NCBI GenBank assembly: GCA_008632985.1
Contig: QPGO01000136.1
Span: 1-64,000, forward strand
Direction: 5' to 3'
Source of the DNA: Psammoneis japonica
Taxonomy: Eukaryota
DNA: 64,000 bases
The position numbers and the translations under genes are program-made. This document shows, one piece after another, positions 12,941-23,276 of this stretch (the first letter of the stretch is position 1; every line of letters starts with the position of its first letter). The notes below the pieces were generated by a model. That model worked only from the letters and a program-made list of their open reading frames with translations, did no database searches and was not told the origin of the DNA.

Positions 12941-13900
12941 TTAGCAAGGAGCATTCGTAGCGCCCGGAAAGGCCGTGGTGGCTCTTACGAGTCGTTGCGA
13001 CAAAAACTTCATGACTGCTTGCATTTCTGATTTTGTTGAAATCATGCCTTGTCCCTTGTTGGGTTCAACGTGAACTTGAACCTTGTCATTTCCATATGCT
13101 TGCTTGGCTTGTTTTGCCATGGTTGGTGTGAATGAAGTATTGTTGGATCCCACCAATAGCAGTACTGGTGTAGCAGCACTCTTGCTGTCTACTACAAAAG
13201 GCTCTCGTGATGTTTCGGCACCATTCATCAAGCCGCCAGCCACACAAATCGCTCCACCCAGAGCCGGCTTGCTTTCTCGACACCATTCGTGGCATACCGG
13301 CATGGCCAAGGTAGCCCCAGCTCCATATCCCAAAAGGAAGATTCGTTCTGCAACCCAACCCTCCAACAGTAACTCTACTAGCTGTATCATTTTTCTTGTC
13401 GCCTCTTGGAGAGATTCTATTCTTTCTCTACTATCCAGAGACAAGGGCTCGCCGGTATTGTAATTTATTTCGTGAAACCACGTACATCCCAAGCCCAACG
13501 GCAATTGTACAAAATGCTTGGCTTTCCATGATAGTATCGCCGTCTGTGGCAAGGCCATGGTTTGCCCCAGTCGATCAAACGAAACATGAGTATCACCCGC
13601 ACCGTGCAACAATACCAAGAGATTGGTATTAGGTTGATGAGCCGGTGCGTGGCGATACAAGTAGACCGACTTGCGTTCTTGTTTGGGAGTGCCCGACAGT
13701 AAGAATTTCTTGGCTGCCTTGGGGAGTTGTTGACGAGAGGGAGGATTGAGCACTTGTGCAGCAGCTGGGACCGACGATAATGAAGCTTCTTGTGGTTGAT
13801 CGAGTAAGGAAATTGGGCCGACGTCTTGCCACTGCTCTTCACCTGTTGATGACGTGCCTTTCTTAACTTCGAGATGGACTGTTCCTATGGGCTTTGACAT
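12941..13900 (-). CDS. Alpha/beta hydrolase of the phospholipase/carboxylesterase type
   Basis: Intact 319-aa ORF with LLVLLHGAGDT, RIFLLGYGAGATLA and TPVLLLVG. Confidence 0.8.
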   Translation of the reverse strand: MSKPIGTVHLEVKKGTSSTGEEQWQDVGPISLLDQPQEASLSSVPAAAQVLNPPSRQQLPKAAKKFLLSGTPKQERKSVYLYRHAPAHQPNTNLLVLLHGAGDTHVSFDRLGQTMALPQTAILSWKAKHFVQLPLGLGCTWFHEINYNTGEPLSLDSRERIESLQEATRKMIQLVELLLEGWVAERIFLLGYGAGATLAMPVCHEWCRESKPALGGAICVAGGLMNGAETSREPFVVDSKSAATPVLLLVGSNNTSFTPTMAKQAKQAYGNDKVQVHVEPNKGQGMISTKSEMQAVMKFLSQRLVRATTAFPGATNAPC

Positions 13901-14263
13901 GACAATATAGGTTCAAAATATTGCGTTGCGCTTGCCATTGCGGAGTGGGGGAGGGAAAGTTATCAGCTCGCTCGCTCCCGCTCAACGCGACGACGTCATC
14001 ATCTCACGGTCTACAGTATATGTACCAGTATGTTGTCTTATTTTCTCTCTGATTGTGCTGAAGTTTGATTATTTACAAGCATTATCAGTATAAAATTTCT
14101 ACGAAATGTATGTACGAGTCGTGCGCTTATGTCCTAAGTTCCTAAATAATTTGAAATTTAACGGAAATCAATAAGTAATTACCGCGACCTCACAAAATCT
14201 TGGTCACCCTCGCTCTGTTGGTGTCACAAATTTGCGGTCGTGCAAAATAGCAAGACCAAAAAT

Positions 14264-15961
14264 ATGCGAACACCCCAAACGCGCCCAAGCAGCACGATGG
14301 TCCACAACAAAGAAAGCAATCTTACCATAAGTGACGACTATAACCAGCAGACGACCTTTTGGAAAGCCGCTTCGAGACGAATGACGTTGTTCAACAGCAG
14401 AATCCTAGGTTCTGTCAATGATGGCGTTGCGCATGAAAACAATGTTGTGATTCTGTTGGATGACTTGGAAGAGACAACAGTTCAGACTACGCCTATTCGT
14501 CGTACATCGTTGACTCATCGCACTCGTGGAGGTGCTTCTCTTGATGAGGAAGACAAATGCAGCTGTGACAGCGGCGACGATCGAGCTGCAGCTCCTGATA
14601 CTCCTCTTGGTGTTCCCAAGAGGAAAGCAAGTGCTGATGGCGCAGAGAAGTTATTCTTGCTAAATATTGAGGACGAGCCCATGAAGATTGGAAGAGGATC
14701 ATCACGACGAATGTCAAAGCTGCTACTGTCACTTTCTATCGTCATGCTTCTACTATGCTGCTGGCTGTCCTTGTTTCTATTGCTGCATTCTGGCACGCTT
14801 CGCCCACAAATGTCACAGCCAGTATTTGTACGAGAAACAATCATGATATTGGACATGCTATTATGCAATAGGCCGATGATATCAACTGCCGGCGCCACCA
14901 ACGACAAGAGTGACGAGCAATTTCAAATTCCCTTTACCCTTTATCAGTCTTGGATGCGTCGAGATGTGTCTAATTTTCGATACAATGATATCGTCACGTT
15001 CTTTGAACACAATCCCAAGTGGACGTATTACTTGTATGCCGATGATAATCCAAATCCAAGCGAGACCATTGATGGATGGGTCGACGAGCACATTACTGCG
15101 GTTATAGACGATCATGGTGACAATTTGAAGATGCGTCTACTGGGACCTCACTTTACGACGATTGAACAACACCAGCGCATTGATTGCGCCTATTCCATGC
15201 TGCAAAACGGAGCGAGCAAGGTGGATTTGTGGCGCTACTTGATTATCTATCACAGCGGAGGCTTGTACACCGACTTTGATGCCGTCTTGAGTGACGCTTA
15301 TATGGACAGGATCATTTCGGCAAATGACACATTCGTAACCAGCATCCGTGACGAGATCGAAATGGATCAATACTATGTTCTCGCATCCAAACACCATCCA
15401 ATCCTGGCCCGAGCTATCAATGAAACCACGGAAGCAATCTTGAAAATGGCACGTCTGTACAATGCTGCTAGAGGGAATTCATCCATGTTTCTGTCCTTGG
15501 GCTGCAACCAAATCTTGTCAAACTGGCAAACGCACGCCATGTATCCTCTGGACGATGCCGACTTTGGTGCAAAGTTGTGGAACGGGGACGAGTTACTCGC
15601 TGCCGTCAATGTCACGGCCTACCCATTTCGGTATTGTACATGCCACCATCTTGACCACCAAAATCCGCATTACTACAAGGACAAGCTGCATGCGGCATGC
15701 TTGACCGGGCCGAACGTATTCAAAACTGCCTTTGAGTGGACGCTCTACGACAATACTGAAGACCTCCATGGAATTCGTATTTTTCCTTCACAACTTGGTG
15801 GCCGTGTTCCATCCAAGTTTGTGCAGAGAAACGAATCCGTGTGGCAAAGTAATCGCATGGAGAAGGTAAAAGATGCTGGAAGAATGACTCCAACGTGGCC
15901 CAGTATGGGAGCACATTTCATTGACTTTGAAAATACATGTTGGAAGAAATTTACCAACTGA
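14264..15961 (+). CDS. Type II membrane glycosyltransferase, GT32 family (DXD sugar-binding)
   Basis: A transmembrane helix (LLLSLSIVMLLLCCWLSLFLLL), then IPFTLYQSW, NPKWTYYLYADD, KVDLWRYLIIYHSGGLYTDFD and LTGPNVF. Confidence 0.85.
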   Translation: MRTPQTRPSSTMVHNKESNLTISDDYNQQTTFWKAASRRMTLFNSRILGSVNDGVAHENNVVILLDDLEETTVQTTPIRRTSLTHRTRGGASLDEEDKCSCDSGDDRAAAPDTPLGVPKRKASADGAEKLFLLNIEDEPMKIGRGSSRRMSKLLLSLSIVMLLLCCWLSLFLLLHSGTLRPQMSQPVFVRETIMILDMLLCNRPMISTAGATNDKSDEQFQIPFTLYQSWMRRDVSNFRYNDIVTFFEHNPKWTYYLYADDNPNPSETIDGWVDEHITAVIDDHGDNLKMRLLGPHFTTIEQHQRIDCAYSMLQNGASKVDLWRYLIIYHSGGLYTDFDAVLSDAYMDRIISANDTFVTSIRDEIEMDQYYVLASKHHPILARAINETTEAILKMARLYNAARGNSSMFLSLGCNQILSNWQTHAMYPLDDADFGAKLWNGDELLAAVNVTAYPFRYCTCHHLDHQNPHYYKDKLHAACLTGPNVFKTAFEWTLYDNTEDLHGIRIFPSQLGGRVPSKFVQRNESVWQSNRMEKVKDAGRMTPTWPSMGAHFIDFENTCWKKFTN

Positions 15962-16603
15962 GAGATGGTCAGTAGAGCTTCTAGACCTATTCATGACATT
16001 GCATAGACGAAACTTCATATGATTCAGTTCGCTCAGACGACAAGATGGCTCACTCGTCGTCTTCGTTGCACCAACCTATTGTCTAACGATTTCCCCATTC
16101 GTGTCGTCGTTGCATTCGAAAATTCTATCGAACACCGATTACCACAAGATCTGTCGTCGTTACTGGAACTTTTTGGCGCCGCCGCCGCGTCATGCTGCCT
16201 CCGCAATTTGCTCAGAGCTTGTGACGAAGAAAATTAGACACCAATGCCTACCGATATTTTTCTTCCACCCCTTCCTCTTATTTCTCCCCTTCCCTTCATT
16301 CAGAGCTGGTGGCGCAATTCGGTGGAAAACCAATGCCATTGTCTTAAGTAAATACCGCGACCACCATCAAAAATGATAATCGAAATCGATGACCACGACC
16401 CAAAACAAGTTCGGATCGCGTACGACAAGAAGGCATAATTCTTGTAACAGGCATCCGGGTAGAATGTTGAATGTTGACGGCTGTGAACATATTTCAGGCT
16501 CCGTTTGAATCGTAAACTCATAATATCTTAAGCTCTCTTACAGGATAGAGCAAATAATGACAAATTGGAAAGAGCAACTGAAAGCATTGTGAGCTTTTTC
16601 GGA

Positions 16604-17935
16604 ATGGAGGAGGCAAGCGACACTCCACAAGTTCAGCTGGCGACGCGAATGGTTTCAAATAATGAAAGACAGACACGACCTCGTGTTCATCTCACCGGAA
16701 TACCGCTTTGTTTACTCATATCATTCCTTTGTTTGGTTTCTTTCATTTACCTTCCGCACTCGACAAATTCCGAAAGCACACGAGAATTGCATTCATCCTC
16801 TCATGCTGGCAGTTTAATCCCGGAACGTCCATCGATCCATTACGACTACAACGAGATGTCCCAGCTGTTCCCTCCATTGGAACAACAATGGGCGCATGCA
16901 GTCAACACTCGTCAGAAACTCCAAGAGGCTTTGCAATCTGACTCTGTTTCGGCGATCGAAGCTGACATTGTGATGGGAAGACGAACCGGTTCACATCAAG
17001 AAGGAGAGGAAGAATCGCCGATACCAGTCATGTCTCATCCACCCCTGAGAACAAGTGGTATGACTTTGGAAGGCTTTCTATGCCAAGTGACAAATGCTAC
17101 TACTCGCGACACTCTCGCTCCCTATCCATCACCATCACCACGATTGTTGAAACACATCAAGCTGGATATCAAAGAAATACAAGTCCTCGAACCGACCTTT
17201 GAAGTCTTACACAGGATGGGATACATTGATCCAAATGGGAAAATGGTGGTGTTGCATGCAGACTTGTTTCCTGGACCTGGAAAGCGTCATCGACCAAGTT
17301 CAATCAACGCCGACGAGTTCATGAACACTTCCCTGCAGCTCGTGGATTCCTTGTTGGAACATGTAAGTAGCGTCACGCGTGATTGTGTGCAACATGAGAA
17401 TAAAACTTGTGCCGAGTGTCACCGATTCAATTTTCTCCCTTCAAATCCCCCCCTCCTCGTTCTAAAGAATTACAAGAATACGACAGGCCCTCAACGATTA
17501 AAATTTGCCTTTTCCATCGGTCATTCGGTTGATAGTCGTTCTCTTTTTGGATATACTGTGGATGACATGACGCAAGTTATGGATTTGGTCGACCGCTATT
17601 CCTCAAGATTGTCGAGTGGGTATCTTCTCATTTACTGTGCCAACGCGCATCTGTTGGTCAAGCATTATGTACCAATTGATTGGATCATGGAAGAATTGAA
17701 GAAGAACGCCCAACTGTTGGTATGGACGGGGTATGGCGAAATACCAATATCCAAAAAGGGAATACTGGAAGAAATCCATGCTCATTTTGCAGAGCAAAAT
17801 ACCACCGATCGAGTTGCTTACGATGTCAATGTGGCCAAGTCGACCGTAACTGGTTTTGTCGAGGATCGTGTCAATACACTTCTTGGCATCTTTGTTTCTG
17901 CCGTGCGGAAAGCTCAAGCCATGTGGAACCGATAG
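16604..17935 (+). CDS. FAM151/menorin (DUF2181) family membrane protein; probable in-frame intron 17363-17467
   Basis: N-terminal transmembrane helix. Motifs WAHAVNTRQKLQEAL, IEADIVMG, PVMSHPP, HIKLDIK and LHADLFPGPG. A 105-nt GTAAGT...AAG segment is read through in the ORF track. Confidence 0.8.
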   Translation: MEEASDTPQVQLATRMVSNNERQTRPRVHLTGIPLCLLISFLCLVSFIYLPHSTNSESTRELHSSSHAGSLIPERPSIHYDYNEMSQLFPPLEQQWAHAVNTRQKLQEALQSDSVSAIEADIVMGRRTGSHQEGEEESPIPVMSHPPLRTSGMTLEGFLCQVTNATTRDTLAPYPSPSPRLLKHIKLDIKEIQVLEPTFEVLHRMGYIDPNGKMVVLHADLFPGPGKRHRPSSINADEFMNTSLQLVDSLLEHVSSVTRDCVQHENKTCAECHRFNFLPSNPPLLVLKNYKNTTGPQRLKFAFSIGHSVDSRSLFGYTVDDMTQVMDLVDRYSSRLSSGYLLIYCANAHLLVKHYVPIDWIMEELKKNAQLLVWTGYGEIPISKKGILEEIHAHFAEQNTTDRVAYDVNVAKSTVTGFVEDRVNTLLGIFVSAVRKAQAMWNR

Positions 17936-18923
17936 TTTTAGGTTGTTTTGGTCTACAAGTACAAGAAACAGTCACGTGTGGCCGCTCGCAGTCCTTGTGT
18001 TTTCCGCCGTTTGGACCGCACAAACCATGCGGAACCGAGTTTCGATATATCGGGCAAGTCGCAATCATCAGATATAGTACTGCAACTATTATGGTTGATT
18101 TTTATCCAAGAGTGGTAGTCACTGCGTTTTCGAAGCGCTACTGTACACACGCACACACATGTTGTTCTTTTTGAAAACACACTCCACATACATTGCAACA
18201 GGCCGTTCAAACACGTTTGCACACAGTTGTCACAAGAATAATAATCCTTGGTACCCACCGTGCAAAAGACTTGGCTGGTACAATTCATCGTGTGGAGTGT
18301 TGTTGTTACTCCAGTTGTTGTTGGAACGTCGTCTCTTGTGTTTATTGTCGCTCTACTACGAATTGCTGAACGATTGCGCGATACACGTGCCCGAAGGGTG
18401 ATTGTTGCTTCGGGCACGAAATTTGAGCTTCGCGCACGTAGAGACCGTAGAAAATATACCAGCATTCGAGAATGTCCGATTTGTGTAGATCACGTAGCAC
18501 AGTACCACAGAGGTCATTGATGAAATTACTTTAACGACTCATGCGACTACAATGAGATTTTCAATACCATATACTATGTAGAATGGACATCTGCGCGAAG
18601 GAAGAATGTTGCTTCGGGCAACGATATTCGACCTTCGGGCACGTGTATCGCGCAATTGTTTTGCAATTTGTAGTATTTCTCTCGTGCTTCACATGTGAAG
18701 TATTACTGAGAATTCCCTCCGACAGGATCTTTTGAAAATTCAATCCAAATATTCATGTAATGATAGTTTCGAATGATGCACGCTGGCCGATAAAATTCAG
18801 GGGTGTTTGACATCATCCTTAAATGTCTTTTCTACGTGGTTGTCATTACAAAAATTCTGTAAAAATTTGGAACCCATCATCGTAAATCTGCCCACCTCCG
18901 CAACACTACACAACACATCCACC

Positions 18924-20683
18924 ATGGGCTGCTGGTTCAGTTCTCCGTATTCGAAGCGTGTCTATCGCGACCCTGGTGATTTAGATGAGCAGCATGTGCC
19001 ATTAAAGTGAGTACTGTGTACTAGCATGAGTTAGAAGAGAGCCTCTGCCGTCTGAACAAAATCCGAAAAGAAATTGTCCGCTGATATGTGACGCGCTGAT
19101 ACGGGTTCTCACACTAGAGGATTATTTTATGATCACTGATGTTGCTACTGTCTGTTTACGTTTGTGCTAATGTTGTTTTATCTTCTTCGATTCCATCTTT
19201 TGTAAGATACTTTGGTAAATTCCGAAATGGCTCCGTCTAGTTCCCGATGACATTGACGGCTTGCCCTCGGTTCATCTCCACAACAAGTTAGCATCCAATG
19301 TCGATCCCATTCTCTACGAGGCCGAAATGGATCAAGGCCAAGCCTGGCGTTGTATCCGTCCCTGTCTATTGATTACATTTTTCATTTGGCCATTGTTGTT
19401 CCCTTTGTCTTGTTGGCCAATGTCTTTCGCAATTTGTTTTGGGCCAATGGCTGTTCGTGTGATGAAGCGTGTTGTTGGGTCCGTAAGGAATTTTCACAAC
19501 GCATCTTTTATCGTGTCTATGCCAATCGTATTGAAACCAACAAGGCCGTGACGCGTATTCCCTTTGGATGGTGTGGATGTGGGAGTTGGAATGCCGATGG
19601 TGTCGTGGTGAATGTGTTTGATCGAGGAGCGTTTGGATTTCGAAAGCTGGCGTGTGGTGTACAAGCCTATCTGTGTTGCATTTGGCCGTCTATGGTGGAG
19701 CGATTGCGCGACAACGATGTCCGTGCAATGGTCCCGTGTGGCAGGGTGGATGGTGGTGTGAAGAGTGGTGAGGAGAAAGAAAAAATTGTCATTGAAGCTG
19801 TGGTTTAAGTATCAAACACTTTGACTTACTGTTCTTTCTTTTGTATCGTATAGGCCATGTGACATGTGCTTTTGCTCCTATCATTACGATGGTCTTGCCA
19901 ATCCGGAAGAGGTTGCCTTTGCCTCGAGTATTGCGTTGCAAGCTTATTTTGAAGGCCGCGCCATTACCAAGGAAGACATGGACAAGTGTGTCGCTATTGG
20001 AAGGAGCACATTTCGGAAGAAAGTGATCCCATCAACCGCAAGCGAGACGTATGCTGTGAACCGTGTAGTGTTCCCTTCTTCTCCGGCGAAACCTTGTACA
20101 CGTGCTGCTGTCATGCGAAACGAAACATTCCCTATGGTGACGACGATGAGCGTGTCACGGATCGACTCGTGGAGGTGAGAATACTACCGTATTTGGAAAA
20201 TGTTGTGACTATCAATCTACCATCGATCTTGAGTCGCTTGCGCAATATCTAAAAATTTAATTCTTGTTGCAGGCATATTCAGAATACGAGGAATTGCGAG
20301 TCAAACAGATTGAATCCTACAAAAACTTTCGAGGTCCCACCCAACAGTCGAGTATTTGCCAAATGTTTGGATGCCGACGATGCTCCGGACGAAAAGGCTT
20401 GTTCTTTTGTACCGAAGGGTGCAGCAAGGAGAGCAGAGACATTAACAAACAACGAAAAAGAGGCGACCCATTTCCTCCCTTTGAAGAGCGTGACATTGAC
20501 GACGACAATGACGCCTCGAGGATCCTGTTAAAAGTGCTTGGCGATCCGCCCAAGGATGTGGTTTACACGAGATGGGATTATGATGAAGAAAGGGGTGAAA
20601 ATGTCTTGGCAACGTATCCCAAGAGCGGTCTTTCAGAGGAGGCAAATGATGATGCTGGGGCTTCCAAAGCTCATGAATCCTGA
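18924..20683 (+). CDS. Cys-rich protein of unknown function with an MGC N-terminus; introns 19007-19206, 19768-19853 and 20175-20272
   Basis: Three GT-AG introns join ORF pieces (for example GAG TG|G CCA TGT = EWPC). Several 1-bp frameshifts. MGCW suggests myristoylation or palmitoylation. Confidence 0.7.
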
Positions 20684-20759
20684 AAAGGTTAAAGCGACAG
20701 TGCGTGAAAAGTTTCAAAAGTAGTTTTCTGTTTTTGCAATTGGAAACCATTAATTTCTT

Positions 20760-22934
20760 TCATCTAGGGACACGCGGCGGCACGGCTTTGGCCCGTTGCA
20801 TTTGCTGAGCAGCTTGCTTTTGTCGTTGGGCTGCCTTTTGCGCACTTCTAGCCTTGACCTCGCGATAAAAGCTCTCATATTTCCGTAAAGCGGCATCCTT
20901 CTTTTTGCTTTCGGCGATTTCTCTCTTGAGATCCTCCTTGAGACTACGAATCAGCTTGTCCTTATCCTGCAATTCCACAGCAGCAACTGTACGAGAATAA
21001 TTGCTGTCGAACAAGGAGGAAGTAATAATAGTGAGTGGAGGATGAGAAGAAAACAAAGCAAAAAGCTTACGCGGATACAGTAGCAGACGACACAGCATAC
21101 CTGTTGGATACTGGATTCCCCTCGTTTTGTTGTTGTCGATCGGGATATCCCATTCGAAACTTTTCCAACGCCGCCTTGAGTGCCTCAAACCGAGTTCCAT
21201 ACTGCTCCTTGAACCGCTTCATTTCAGCTCGTGCAGCCCTGGCTTCGGCGCGAGCCGCCTCGGCTTGCTCTACTTCTCGCAACAGAGCGGCATTCTCATC
21301 ACCCAATGTTTTTAGAGAGTCCAATAGCCGCATGAGTTGCTTTGTGTCTGCTGGTTGCTGTGACTGCTGTTGTTGTGTCGGTTGACCGTGGGCGTTACTA
21401 GGATGTGGTGGTCCCACCATGAGAGAGGACGCCAACGCCTGTGACGCCGTCATTGTCGTACTAGTGTGACCCCACCAACTCGATTCCAGTCCAGGAGAAT
21501 GATGCGGTGACTTTGTTGTTGCTGGTGGTTGAGATGACACGGGATTCTGGTGATGATGCGGTGGTGGTACCGCCGCTACCGGCGCGGCCACGGGTCGGGG
21601 AGCGGTTGCAACATTTTGAACTCGATTCGCCCTTGCCCGTACTCCAGCGGTGCCACCCGTCACAACGGAACGGGGAGGATTCGAGATGCTAGTAGTGGAC
21701 GTCCACATGGCGGATGAACTCATGTACGACGCAGATCCAGGCACAACACAAAAGCTACCTTCGCCATCCATCATGGGACGTCCGTGTGCTGCTGCGGCAG
21801 AGGCACGGGTGCCTAGTGATGCAATCGAGTTGCCCAACTCCAACGCCATGTCCATGTTTCGTAGCTCTTTCTCCAGTTCCATCCTTACGTCGGAGCAAGA
21901 CAATCGTATTAGCAATAGAAACATGAAACAGAACCTCAAAGTGCTAAGCTGCGAGTTACTTACATATCATCCACAGGATTCGTGATTGTGCCATCCGTAC
22001 CTGAAATTGTATGGGAAAAAGCACTGGTGCTCTCTGACATTTCTCCTTGTTTCTTGCTTGGTTCATGTGGTGCCTTTCTGTCAGATGAGGCTCTTCCCAA
22101 AAACATGGACTCGGAGATATCAGCTTCCTTCTTTGTGCCAAGTGCACCTCGAACTGTAGCTAGCAATCGATCCGCGTGAGATCCCGCTCGTGGTCTGCCG
22201 CCCTTCGTGGAGCTATTTGATGGCAACAGCTTCGAAATTCGCTTCAAGGCCAGAGCTGACGATGCTTGGGCTTTACTCAACATCAACAACGAGTTTGCCA
22301 ATGAAGCTGAAACGCAGAGAGACAAGAGCAAAAGTGACGTTTCAGATATGTAAAAGGGCAGCCGCAACTAAATACAACTCTTCTTCTTTCTCGTACCATC
22401 ATGTTCTCGCATTTCGATTGCTGCTGTCCGAAACAGTTTCGCAGCTCGTGCATGCGCATCCAACGCGTGTTGCATGTTCCCCGAGTTTTTGGCTCGAAAG
22501 GCTTCTTGTGTTGCGTTTGTCGCTTGTTCACACGTTACTACAAAATTCTCACTGACGGCATTTCCACTGAGCAACAGCGCCAATACGTCTCCACGTTGCA
22601 GAAATTGTTGTTGATGCGGTGTAATTTCTCCACCGTCAATAATAACATCAACTTCATCTTGGGCGTCTTCTTCGCATACCGTCACGTATGTAAAATCAAT
22701 CGCTTCTGTCGGACTCGATGTTTTTGGTGGTGATGCTTTTGGATGTGTATAAATATGTTGCTGCTGATACGGAGCGGAACTGTGCAACGAAGACAAGAGG
22801 CTATCGCCGCCACTTTTTCGAGTCGTACTTGGAGCGCTTCCCTGAGACGACGCGGTGACTAGCGACGATGCGTTTGATTCAACCAACGTCGTTGATCGGT
22901 CCGGACTTTCACCAACAGCAAAAGGGAGTTCCAT
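20760..22934 (-). CDS. Protein of unknown function with a helical (MIT-like) segment and C-terminal coiled coils; introns 22307-22396, 21884-21963 and 21004-21100
   Basis: Four ORF pieces join in frame at canonical GT-AG junctions (D-ASLAN, DDM-MELE, SN-SNYSR). Coiled-coil text includes LKTLGDENAALLREVEQAEAARAEA. Confidence 0.75.
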
Positions 22935-23276
22935 AATGAGGCTAACAACTTGTGGAGCATACCAGTCAAAGGCTGCGTACGTATCGAATAGACCGTAATT
23001 CACAATGTTCTGATATCTGATAGCCTTCCTGGTGTTGCGCTATTTTCTGTGTTCTGTTCTGTCGCCCCCCGCGGTCGGCAGCCCGTGCGTGACGACTAGC
23101 TAGTCGTACGTAGGAGAAGTAATACGCGATACGTAGGTATTTAGAGTGAACTCGCATCTAACAGTTTCACCCTGTGTGATGATGTGCGATGCGGTTTACA
23201 AAAAATCAAAATGCTGCAGAAACAAAATAGTAGTTACACAGGCAAAACCAAAGAGGCAACGAATAACCTTCATGAA

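Noticed and set aside
17953..18520. Short Cys-containing ORFs between FAM151 and the Cys-rich gene
   Set aside because: No recognisable domain or convincing exon structure.
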